Assembly: GCA_002373325.1 (NCBI GenBank)
Contig: DFKI01000160.1
Span: 35,525-89,983, forward strand
DNA: 54,459 nucleotides
Direction: 5' to 3'
Origin: Treponema sp. UBA3649
GTDB lineage: Bacteria > Spirochaetota > Spirochaetia > Treponematales > Treponemataceae
Positions within the stretch are counted from its first letter, which is position 1, and each line of letters starts with the position of its first letter. Below are positions 21,141 to 30,025 of the stretch, in pieces. The notes under the pieces were generated by a model. It made no database searches, was not told the origin of the DNA, and saw nothing but the letters and a program-made list of their open reading frames with translations. The translations under genes and the position numbers were made by a program.

Positions 21141-21347
21141 CTAATCTTCATCCCAGGAGTCGTTTTCGCACTGCCATTTATTTCTGCCCCGGAAAGCATC
21201 TTTACTTGTCCACCCGGCTGATTTTTCCTGCAGCATCTCCGCATCCTCCCGTCCCTGAAAAGTGCGCCATGTGTCGTATCGTGAATCAGGGATATTTTCC
21301 CCGCGTTCTTTGTTTTTTTCGTTCAAATCTTCAATTCCGTTCGCCAT
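21141..21347 (-). CDS. Small hypothetical protein
   Basis: 68-aa charged ORF with a weak AAGGG RBS; no recognisable motif. Confidence 0.5.
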   Translation of the reverse strand: MANGIEDLNEKNKERGENIPDSRYDTWRTFQGREDAEMLQEKSAGWTSKDAFRGRNKWQCENDSWDED

Positions 21348-21396
21348 GATTGTGCCCTTGTATTTTTACGACTTGATCATAATCAAAAAAAATCAC
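21331..21396 (-). pseudogene. Truncated Doc/Fic-like toxin N-terminus
   Basis: GTG overlaps the upstream TGA (GTGA); MIFFDYDQVVKIQ resembles Doc N-termini; stop after 21 aa. Confidence 0.55.
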
Positions 21397-21518
21397 TTTG
21401 CAAGTTCCTTGTACGCTTCAATATTTTGCTTAATTAAAGAGTCTGAAACAGAAAAAAGCTTTTCATCAGAAATCGTAGAAAATTGTTTTTCTTGAATTAT
21501 TCCAGTGGTTGCGTACAT
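21393..21518 (-). CDS. Small antitoxin-like protein (type found upstream of doc)
   Basis: Not in the ORF track; AGGAGG RBS; 41 aa ending SDSLIKQNIEAYKELAK. Confidence 0.6.
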   Translation of the reverse strand: MYATTGIIQEKQFSTISDEKLFSVSDSLIKQNIEAYKELAK

Positions 21519-21573
21519 TTTCCTTACCTCCTGAAAAAAGCATAACTCAAAACAGCAAATTTGTCACTACGCT

Positions 21574-22032
21574 TTACAAAAAGGCCGTAACCTTATCCAG
21601 AATCAATTCATCTGCAGGTAACCATTTTACGGAATGCAAGTTTTCTCTTGTAAGCCAGACCGCGTTTTCATGCTCAAGCAGCTCCAGTCTTCCGCTAACC
21701 ACTTGGCATGCAAAGCACTTCATTGAAAGATGAAATGTCGGATAATCGTATTCAATCGTGCCAATGCAGTCCCCCACTTTAATTTGTGTGGCAAGCTCCT
21801 CTCGGATTTCACGCTCAAGGGCAGCTTCTGGGCTTTCGCCAGCTTCGATTTTTCCTCCAGGGAATTCCCACCAGCCCTTCCAGTCTCCGTAACCCCGCTG
21901 GGTGGCGAAGACTTGGTTTACATATTCTGAATCAAGTTCAGAATGGCAGCTGTCAGTTTGTCCGTCATGCTGAACTTGATTCAGCATCTTTCGTCTGGTG
22001 ATTATGGAGGCTACGACGTTTATGGTTTTCAT
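21574..22032 (-). CDS. MutT-like Nudix hydrolase with in-frame REP insertion
   Basis: Nudix box GGKIEAGESPEAALEREIREEL; about 19 aa longer in its N-terminal loop than the paralogue at 40483. Confidence 0.9.
   Translation of the reverse strand: MKTINVVASIITRRKMLNQVQHDGQTDSCHSELDSEYVNQVFATQRGYGDWKGWWEFPGGKIEAGESPEAALEREIREELATQIKVGDCIGTIEYDYPTFHLSMKCFACQVVSGRLELLEHENAVWLTRENLHSVKWLPADELILDKVTAFL
21922..21989. repeat. REP-like inverted doublet inside the mutT CDS
   Basis: ATATTCTGAATCAAGTTCAGAATGGC ... GTCATGCTGAACTTGATTCAGCATCT; each is palindromic and they are inverted relative to each other. Confidence 0.85.
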
Positions 22033-22055
22033 GTTAGAATCCTCGGGATAATTCC

Positions 22056-24086
22056 CTATACATCAATAACTTTGGGAGAAGTTCTAAACAACACTTCATT
22101 CAAACCGCTTTCCTTTATTTTTAAATTAAGCTCAGAATAATTTGAAATAGAATCATACGGCTTGTCTGAAATCTCGGCATTTTCCACAGTTACTTTGTAA
22201 TATGTCTTTGCATTTGATGCTTGCTTTTCAAACTTCACAGGGAGATTTTTCAATTCGTTTTCCAAAGTCGTTGCCGCAACCTCATCAATCTTGCATCTTC
22301 CGCTTTGTGTAAGTGAAAGTTTTCCGCGTATAAAATTGTCTCTTCCTTCCGTAAACAAGATGATTTCCGTGCATGAATCAATATAAGGATGCATTGGATA
22401 ACGAGTAAACTGCTGGCTCTCTTTTTCTATTCCTGTTGCATAAAAATAAAAAATGAACCTGTTCCCCAAGGCTTTCAAGTTTTCGTGCACATGGTCAAAA
22501 TAATCCTTCCGCATAAATCCAACGAGGATGTGTTTCTTGCCGTCATTAATTTGAATTATAGAATTGTCATTCTCATTATGATACAGATAGTTTTTTGTCG
22601 GAGATTTTTGAATCAGATTAAAAATCGGCGTATTTTCAGTTTGCGTTCCAAGATAAAAATCCCATACTTTCTGAGCCTGCAATTTTATTACCTGAACAGA
22701 CGGCAGTTCATTAAAAGGAGAATGTTGGGCTGTCCAGTACGGAACCTCGCCATAATTCTGATTTTCTGCGTTTTCACTTTCTAAAGCAGGAATCAAAAAA
22801 GCGTTTGCAAGTTCTCCAATTTGGAATGAGTCAATAAAAGATTTTAACGCGGCATTATATACATACTGCTTTACAACATCTTGGATTCCGGGATTTCCAG
22901 AAAGTTCTCCATTTGTAACTGATAGCAGATAATACTTTCCGTCAAGAATATACATGGCCGTATTGCCGGAATTTTCTTTTCGTAAAGTAACAACATCAGG
23001 AATCAAGTCACCTTTATATGAAACTGGCTGGCCGTTAATAATCCATTCAGGGATTTCTATGTAATCAGAAATATAGCTTTTGCCATCTGAATGCTCATTC
23101 AATGAAATCAGTTTGCGTTCTGCAAGGTTTTTCAATGGCTCTGATTTCATGTTCTCAAACATCTCTCCGCAGGCAGTTTCCCACACAAGATTAAAGACAT
23201 TCGTTCCATAGAGACTGAAAGAAGCATCACTTTGATTAGAAGACTGTTCCGAAACATAAGTATAAAGCGTTTTTAAAAGATTCTGCTTTCGAGTTACAAA
23301 CTGATTTTTAATCTCCTTTTCAAGTCGATACCTTATGTAATCAACATCGCCAAAATCTTCTACAGTCTCGTCCGTCAACTCTGCTTCTGACAAACCGAAC
23401 AGATCCAAAATCTTGTCGTGATTCAAATCCCTGGAACATTGTGAAATTATTGCAGCATGAAGACGGCGGATAAAGTCAAAATCATTTTGCGTGTTGTCAT
23501 GGGTGTAAACATCAAGATAATAAGGCGTATTGTTTTTTATGAAAGCAAAAGTTTCATTGATTGTCTTATCCCAAAGGATTTCCCCTTCTCCGTTAAGTTC
23601 GACAACCTCTTCCTGATTTGAATACAGTCCGTTTTCAAAATAGTCATGCAAAATATGAAGAGAAATGGCAAGGCGGTTGAACTGCTTGCTTTCATCTTCT
23701 CCATTATAAAGATGAACCAACTGCTCTTTCTGATTATATTTTTCAATTACCTTGATTACAGTCTTTAGCTTTTCAAAAGGTTTTTCGTCATTGTCGATAT
23801 ATTTTGGATAGCAGAATAAAACCAAGTCATCCAAAAGAATGACGCCGACAAAAGAAAAAATATAGGAAAATTCTGACGAATCATCAGGAGCTTCGCCAAT
23901 AACAATATCCTGGTCAGAAAGGTCTGAATACTCAGGCTTGTCGTTACGGACTGTTTTGAGAAGATTGTATTTTTTAAGAGTGCCGATATTTTTCCTGGTC
24001 TTTTCCTTGTCACAAGAAAAGGCTTTATCCAGTTGAGCAAAAGAATAATGACGGCCTTCACGAAAATAAACGGATTTCAAATACAA
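22056..24086 (-). CDS. LlaJI-family restriction endonuclease subunit (McrC-like) with C-terminal extension
   Basis: FVGV...CYPKY, GEILWDKTI, FNLVWE, LIPDVV...ILDGKYY...PGIQDVVKQYVY. Confidence 0.85.
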   Translation of the reverse strand: MYLKSVYFREGRHYSFAQLDKAFSCDKEKTRKNIGTLKKYNLLKTVRNDKPEYSDLSDQDIVIGEAPDDSSEFSYIFSFVGVILLDDLVLFCYPKYIDNDEKPFEKLKTVIKVIEKYNQKEQLVHLYNGEDESKQFNRLAISLHILHDYFENGLYSNQEEVVELNGEGEILWDKTINETFAFIKNNTPYYLDVYTHDNTQNDFDFIRRLHAAIISQCSRDLNHDKILDLFGLSEAELTDETVEDFGDVDYIRYRLEKEIKNQFVTRKQNLLKTLYTYVSEQSSNQSDASFSLYGTNVFNLVWETACGEMFENMKSEPLKNLAERKLISLNEHSDGKSYISDYIEIPEWIINGQPVSYKGDLIPDVVTLRKENSGNTAMYILDGKYYLLSVTNGELSGNPGIQDVVKQYVYNAALKSFIDSFQIGELANAFLIPALESENAENQNYGEVPYWTAQHSPFNELPSVQVIKLQAQKVWDFYLGTQTENTPIFNLIQKSPTKNYLYHNENDNSIIQINDGKKHILVGFMRKDYFDHVHENLKALGNRFIFYFYATGIEKESQQFTRYPMHPYIDSCTEIILFTEGRDNFIRGKLSLTQSGRCKIDEVAATTLENELKNLPVKFEKQASNAKTYYKVTVENAEISDKPYDSISNYSELNLKIKESGLNEVLFRTSPKVIDV

Positions 24087-24131
24087 CTCTCCATACCGTA
24101 AAATAGAATTGTCGTATCAGTGATGCGACAA

Positions 24132-26399
24132 TTAGAATAACTTCCCATCAGTTGGAGCAGCATCTTCTTTGATTGAAATATCATGCTCTTCAACAACATC
24201 TTCGGCGTTGAATTTAAAAACTTTCACTCCTGTTTCCTCAAATTTTTTACAGACTTCGGAATAAATGAATTTCTTCTCATCAACATTAAAAAGTTGCTTT
24301 GCTTTCATTTTTGCTGCATCTTCAAAGAGATACATAAGCACTTTACTTTCAAACAACTTTACAAAATCCATTCCTTTATCTAGGGCAGAATCCAAAACTG
24401 TTTTAGAAAGGAAGAAAGGACCAAGAAGTTTATCTTCATTAATTCCAAGCGTAATCAACTTGTTGTTTATAGCCTTTCGAAGGTCATTCCAATTAACTTT
24501 CTTTGTTGCACTGATTGGGATTTCATAGCCTTTTACTTTATCTTCATTTTCATCAATTCCGATATATTCAAACTCCCATCTGCGTTTGAACGCCGTATCC
24601 ATTGGGAAAACACCCTGGTCTGCGCTGTTCATTGTTGCCCAGATGTACATGTTGGAAGGGATTTTCAGCTCATCTTCATGGATGCCATTTTTAGCAAGAT
24701 ATTTCTTTATATCTTCACTTGCAGCAATCGGATATTCAGAATTGCCATTCTCATCACGGTCAAGAAGCTGGAACACATCACCGAATACTGCTGCCACATT
24801 TGCACGGTTGATTTCTTCGATGAGGAGAAGATATTTTTGGGGAGTTATATTTTTTTCCTTTGCTCTTTTTATTTCTTTAATCGCATTAATATATATACGC
24901 ATAAAAGGTCCAGGAACATATTCATAGCGAATATTTTCTTCGTTATTTAAATCTTGCACAGGTTTATAGGTACCAACAAATTGTGCATAACTATAATTTG
25001 GATGAAATGTAACTCGTTCTATTGTTTGTTCTTCATAATTTTTTATAGCTTTATTTTTTAATCTTTTTATAAACTTTAATGTCTGACTTCCTGTATTGAT
25101 GTAATATCCATTAATATCTTCTGGATTCAATTCTAGGATTGCATTGATTTGATTTTTAGGACTGTTATTTTCAAATTCAGAAATTATATAATCTGAAAAT
25201 TTCAAACCAATTGCATACATCTGCGGTACTTTATTTTTTGTTGTAATGATATCATTATAGGCTTGTTTTATTAACTCTGGGCATTTTTCGGGTATTAACT
25301 CATTTTTTTCTTCATAATCATTAAAGAATTCTGATACTTGAGCTCCTGTCTTAATATAATACCCAACATTTTGTGGTGGAGTGAAATCTTGTAGTAACTT
25401 ATTTATTTCATCATTCTTCATGCTTAATATCTGTTTTGCATAAACAAATCCAATAGCTGCACATTGTGGAACAAAATTTTCATCAGATTTTAATTTGGAG
25501 AATTCCATTTTTATTTTTTCAAGATCAGTTTTTGGTTGTATTGAATTCTTGAATATTTGACTCTCATCAGCTAGTCGTTTACTCTTTCCTGTGCCCGGTG
25601 CTCCGAAAACTATCCTATTAAGAGAATCTTTATTATAAGTTTTGTCTTCTGACATATCATCCTCCGCAATTTCAATTTCATCCATGTATTCTTGATAATC
25701 TATTAAATCTTTTCCCTTCCAATATGAATTACAATTTATAATTTCAAATAAATCAGCTTCATTATCTATATTAATTCCTTTAGTTTTTAATCTGATTTCA
25801 TTTTCATATTCTTCAAAGCAACCGGTATAATTGAGCGTTTTTATCATTTCTCTAATTTGTCTATCAGGTTGATTCCAAATATGATTTTTCTCATCTAAAT
25901 CGATGTTCGAAGGCAAGTTAGCATCTTTACGATATCGTATAATCTGATTTGCGGTATTTAATAAATTATAATTTTTACGTTTAGCTAATTCATCATTATA
26001 GAAAATGAACCTCTTTATTTCATCTTTTGTTAAATATGCACTCTCTTTATCTATTAATGAAAAAATATGCAATAGCTTTACAATATCCCGCATTGGTGCA
26101 AGAAGAATTTTATCAGAAACGGCGTTTTCATAATCTGAAGAAGTTCTTGGATTTGGAAACTGAAATTTCTTAATGAAATTCAGTACAACTTTTTTTGTAT
26201 TTCCCCGTGAAGCAAGTTTTGCACAGTTTCCCTTTGCTTTAAGATTAAAATAAAAACCAACAGTCATGAAATTGTTATTTTTACTTTTGTCTTCTGAAGC
26301 AGAAGGAACTGTATCGGTTAAAAATGCATTAGAAGCTTCTTTCAGGATTTCGTCCAAAGAAGTAATACGTAAATCATTTGTAAAATTATAATGATACAT
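24132..26399 (-). CDS. McrB-like AAA+ GTPase subunit of the LlaJI-like system
   Basis: GAPGTGKS, RVTFHPNYSY, IEEINRAN, ATMNSADQ, DTAFKRRW. Confidence 0.9.
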   Translation of the reverse strand: MYHYNFTNDLRITSLDEILKEASNAFLTDTVPSASEDKSKNNNFMTVGFYFNLKAKGNCAKLASRGNTKKVVLNFIKKFQFPNPRTSSDYENAVSDKILLAPMRDIVKLLHIFSLIDKESAYLTKDEIKRFIFYNDELAKRKNYNLLNTANQIIRYRKDANLPSNIDLDEKNHIWNQPDRQIREMIKTLNYTGCFEEYENEIRLKTKGINIDNEADLFEIINCNSYWKGKDLIDYQEYMDEIEIAEDDMSEDKTYNKDSLNRIVFGAPGTGKSKRLADESQIFKNSIQPKTDLEKIKMEFSKLKSDENFVPQCAAIGFVYAKQILSMKNDEINKLLQDFTPPQNVGYYIKTGAQVSEFFNDYEEKNELIPEKCPELIKQAYNDIITTKNKVPQMYAIGLKFSDYIISEFENNSPKNQINAILELNPEDINGYYINTGSQTLKFIKRLKNKAIKNYEEQTIERVTFHPNYSYAQFVGTYKPVQDLNNEENIRYEYVPGPFMRIYINAIKEIKRAKEKNITPQKYLLLIEEINRANVAAVFGDVFQLLDRDENGNSEYPIAASEDIKKYLAKNGIHEDELKIPSNMYIWATMNSADQGVFPMDTAFKRRWEFEYIGIDENEDKVKGYEIPISATKKVNWNDLRKAINNKLITLGINEDKLLGPFFLSKTVLDSALDKGMDFVKLFESKVLMYLFEDAAKMKAKQLFNVDEKKFIYSEVCKKFEETGVKVFKFNAEDVVEEHDISIKEDAAPTDGKLF

Positions 26400-27615
26400 G
26401 GATTTCTCCTAATTGCTTGTATAAATCGTTTATTGCTTTTGCTATATTTTTTGCAAGTTGAGGCGGAACTGCGTTTCCAATCATTTGATAAGCATTTCCT
26501 CTGCTTCCTATAAAATCAAAGTCATCATCAAATGATTGAAGACGTGCAGCTTCCCGGACAGTAATACTTCTTGCCTGTTTTGAGTCATAATGAATAAATC
26601 TGTTTCCATCTTTATAAAGATGTGCAATTATCGTTGTACTTGGTTTGTCTGCTTCAAGGACATGATAGCGATGTATCGGAGATTTTGATCCAACTTTCTC
26701 CGCATATAGCTCCGTTATCTTTTTTGAATCATACTCGAAACGTCCTGTCTCAATGTCTTCTGCCAGAGTTCTGAATGTTTCCATGTCGCGAACATTCTGA
26801 TAGCGAGGTTCATGCCATGAAATATTTGATTTTGGAACTTTGTACGCCTCATGTTTTGAATGATGTTCTTCATCAAAATAAGGCGTAATTTTCGGCAAAT
26901 CCCCAATGGCTTGCTTTACTGTGAGGTGATTGTTTGATTTGTATTTTGGTAGTATTGAAATATAGAAATCTTCGAGAATTTTCTGACAGTCTCTATTTTT
27001 CTTCTGCTTGATACCAACTATTACAATTCTTTCGCGGTTTTGAGGAACATTGTAATCATTTGCATTCACCTTGGCTTTCCTTAAATCATCTATGATTTCG
27101 TATCCAATAGATTTGAATGAGGATTGTATAAGTGCTGAAATTTTCACACCATTGGGGGTCGCCGACAAGATTCCCGGAACATTTTCAAAAATGAAAAGTT
27201 TCGGTTGGTATCTTTTTACGACGGAAAGATAATGCTCAAAAAGAAAGTTCCTATAATCATCATTCATTCCGTTTTCATCACGGACACGTCCCGCAACAGA
27301 ATATGCCTGACAGGGTGGTCCACCAATGATAATGTCTATTCCATTTTCTGCATTAACAAAATAATCCAGTCCTTTGCTTTCTCCGAATTCTTCATCGTTC
27401 CATCCATTAAATAACTCATCTTCACGCTGGATATCAAAATTCATAACACGTTCATCTGCATCTGTTTCGCCATATTTTGCCTTGAGACGATTACGCATTG
27501 TATTGACTTGTGGCTTCAACCATTCAACAGAGGCAATTTCTTTGTATAGACCTGTCTGCAAAAATCCGTCCGTTAGTCCACCGCACCCGGCAAAAAGATC
27601 AATCATTTTAATCAT
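26386..27615 (-). CDS. DNA (cytosine-5)-methyltransferase
   Basis: DLFAGCGG, GGPPCQ, ENVPG, QNRER, GNAVPP. Confidence 0.95.
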   Translation of the reverse strand: MIKMIDLFAGCGGLTDGFLQTGLYKEIASVEWLKPQVNTMRNRLKAKYGETDADERVMNFDIQREDELFNGWNDEEFGESKGLDYFVNAENGIDIIIGGPPCQAYSVAGRVRDENGMNDDYRNFLFEHYLSVVKRYQPKLFIFENVPGILSATPNGVKISALIQSSFKSIGYEIIDDLRKAKVNANDYNVPQNRERIVIVGIKQKKNRDCQKILEDFYISILPKYKSNNHLTVKQAIGDLPKITPYFDEEHHSKHEAYKVPKSNISWHEPRYQNVRDMETFRTLAEDIETGRFEYDSKKITELYAEKVGSKSPIHRYHVLEADKPSTTIIAHLYKDGNRFIHYDSKQARSITVREAARLQSFDDDFDFIGSRGNAYQMIGNAVPPQLAKNIAKAINDLYKQLGEIHVSL

Positions 27616-28690
27616 TGTCTTTTAGCTCCAGATATTTTTTAAGTTGTTCTGCTATTACTTTTCCCAGTAAAGGAGGAACTGCATTTCCAACCTGCCTATA
27701 CTGCTGAGCTTTAGTTCCATAGAAGATAAAATCATCAGGAAAACTTTGAAGCCGTGCACTTTCACGAACTGTTGGTATTCTGTTGTACTTGTAGTGAAAA
27801 TGAGACCTGTGGCAAGTGTTTATAGTTAAAGAAGGCTTTTTGCTGTGATAGCGGGTAAGGGCTTCATGGTACTTATAAATTCCTTCATATTCTTTTGGTA
27901 AAGCTTTGTAATTTTTACCTTCCGGAATCATTGCGAGAAATTTCAAAGTTTTTTCATCATGGAGCGTTCCAATGTGGTTATGAATTTCATTGGAATTCGC
28001 ACGCATTAAGCGTTGATATTCTGATTTTGGCTGACAAGGATAGTTTTGAACCTCATCACCATAAATACCTTCTAATGCAGGCAGATCATTTATTGCCTGT
28101 TCACAAGTTATGTAATGGTCTTTGTCTAAAACTGGAGCTGGAAATTCAAATACTTTCGTGTTGTCATGAAGACCTACAAAGAAAACTCTTTTGCGAATTT
28201 GGGGAATTCCAAAATCCGGTGCATACAGTAATTTTGGAATCATCGTATAACCGATTTTTTTAAAATCAGCCACGATTCTTTTTGCTCCAATGCCACCATT
28301 TGTCTGGAGCATTCCGGGAACATTTTCTAAGAGAATGGCTTTCGGCTTTGTACGGTCAGCAAGCTTGACCATTGCCGAATAAAGACGATTTCTTTTATCA
28401 TCCTTATTTCGAGGTCCTGCTATAGAAAAGCCCTGGCAAGGCGGTCCACCTATAAGGACATCTAGAGAGAGATTATTTTGTTTGAGATAATCTGTTATGA
28501 CTGAAATATTTTCATGGTTAAAAAGGTCAAGTTTTAATGCTTTTGCTGAACCATGGTTCTTTTGAAATGTTTCGAGAGCTGCATCGTCAAAATCGATACC
28601 GAGTAAAACATTGTACCCAGCATCCAGGAATCCCTTTGAGAGTCCTCCACATCCGCAGAATAAATCTATACAATTTAGCTTTTTGGGCAT
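27608..28690 (-). CDS. DNA (cytosine-5)-methyltransferase
   Basis: DLFCGCGG, GGPPCQGFS, ENVPG, QIRKR, GNAVPP. Confidence 0.95.
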   Translation of the reverse strand: MPKKLNCIDLFCGCGGLSKGFLDAGYNVLLGIDFDDAALETFQKNHGSAKALKLDLFNHENISVITDYLKQNNLSLDVLIGGPPCQGFSIAGPRNKDDKRNRLYSAMVKLADRTKPKAILLENVPGMLQTNGGIGAKRIVADFKKIGYTMIPKLLYAPDFGIPQIRKRVFFVGLHDNTKVFEFPAPVLDKDHYITCEQAINDLPALEGIYGDEVQNYPCQPKSEYQRLMRANSNEIHNHIGTLHDEKTLKFLAMIPEGKNYKALPKEYEGIYKYHEALTRYHSKKPSLTINTCHRSHFHYKYNRIPTVRESARLQSFPDDFIFYGTKAQQYRQVGNAVPPLLGKVIAEQLKKYLELKDND

Positions 28691-28728
28691 TTTATTTTAC
28701 CAACCTAGTCATAATTTCAATTTTTCCG

Positions 28729-28944
28729 TTAACACGCTTCCAACATTTTTGAAGCAATCATTTTTTGATACTTATTTATCTTTGCGCAATCATCAAACAA
28801 CTTTTGAATTGCGCTTCTGTTGTTAGGAATATCTTCAAAATATGTTTTAAGAATCTGCTTTACATCGCTTCCATCCGTTTCTGACCAATCTACTGTATAA
28901 AAATCCTCCAACGCTCTTTCAAATGAGTCCTGAAAGTTATTCAT
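28729..28944 (-). CDS. Small hypothetical protein (71 aa)
   Basis: AGGAGG before ATG 28944; the track start at 29004 is less likely. Confidence 0.65.
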   Translation of the reverse strand: MNNFQDSFERALEDFYTVDWSETDGSDVKQILKTYFEDIPNNRSAIQKLFDDCAKINKYQKMIASKMLEAC

Positions 28945-29013
28945 GGTTAAATTCCTCCTATAGTTAGGTTTATTATAAATGTCCAGAGTGTCAATGAATG
29001 ACACTTACAAAAT

Positions 29014-29214
29014 TTATCTTTTCCCTGTATTAAATAATATATTCATCTGCTCCACAAACGCCTGTGCCCCTCCTGCACGAACCATAGGCTCGATGTATTG
29101 AAGAAACTTCCGTTTGTTATTTTCGGATAGTTTATCATATTTTTTGCGAAGTTCCATTGCCTTTATGGAGGCTTCGGTCATAAAGTCAGCGAATTCTTGT
29201 TCTTCTGTGGTCAT
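29014..29214 (-). CDS. Small hypothetical protein (66 aa)
   Basis: GAGGAG just after the upstream stop codon, ATG at 29214. Confidence 0.65.
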   Translation of the reverse strand: MTTEEQEFADFMTEASIKAMELRKKYDKLSENNKRKFLQYIEPMVRAGGAQAFVEQMNILFNTGKR

Positions 29215-29231
29215 TATTCTATATTCTCCTC

Positions 29232-30020
29232 TCAAAATGGAATTTCTTCAGGAAAGTTATCATCGCTATTCATTTGCATATCTTTGGTTTCATCATTTGC
29301 AATTGTTAAATTGAATCGACTTTTATTATTCCTCATCCACGAAAAACCTTTTGTTGTTATCATACATTCGGGACAATTATAAGCATCAAATGATTGCTCT
29401 AAAAAATTTACTTCACATAATTCTTCTAATGCGAAATTAAATGCTAAGCGGTTATAACCAAATCCTTCAAACTTTTCAGCACATAAAGACAGTGAAATTG
29501 AATCCTTTTGCCCAAAAACATTTTCCCCTATAGTTCCTAATAACAACAAAGCTTCATCTGAAATAATACATTCTGATAAAATTTGTCCTGCATTTTCATT
29601 TCCAATAGCAGTTCTTTTTTGTTCAGAAAAATATTTCATCTTAGTCGTTATTTGCGATTTCAATTTTTCAAAATCACTAAGTGAGCCAGTTTTGTAAGAT
29701 ATTATTGAACGTTGTTGAATATCGAACGGATATTTATCTTTTCTTTCATCAGAACAAATCAGTATTGTTCGTTTTTTATATGCGATTGCTAAACCGACTT
29801 CAAACCAAACATTAGGATTGTCTATCGTTATATCTGCAAGAACGGCAGAGGAGGTTCGAATATTATTATCTATGCTATCTATTGGAATTTCTGCAGATAA
29901 GTCTTTGTCTACGCGATATGGGTCATATCCTGCATCAATAATAGCAGGAGAATAAACATCTTTAAAACGTTTATCAAATTTATCATTATCAAAAGGCTGT
30001 ATTACGAAACATCTTTCCAT
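29232..30020 (-). CDS. Nucleoside 2-deoxyribosyltransferase-like (TIR-like fold) domain, putative winged helix, SSB-like acidic tail
   Basis: CFVIQPF, RVD, LADIT..NPNVWFEVGLA, PFDI motifs; ends DDNFPEEIPF. Confidence 0.8.
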   Translation of the reverse strand: MERCFVIQPFDNDKFDKRFKDVYSPAIIDAGYDPYRVDKDLSAEIPIDSIDNNIRTSSAVLADITIDNPNVWFEVGLAIAYKKRTILICSDERKDKYPFDIQQRSIISYKTGSLSDFEKLKSQITTKMKYFSEQKRTAIGNENAGQILSECIISDEALLLLGTIGENVFGQKDSISLSLCAEKFEGFGYNRLAFNFALEELCEVNFLEQSFDAYNCPECMITTKGFSWMRNNKSRFNLTIANDETKDMQMNSDDNFPEEIPF

Positions 30021-30025
30021 AATTC

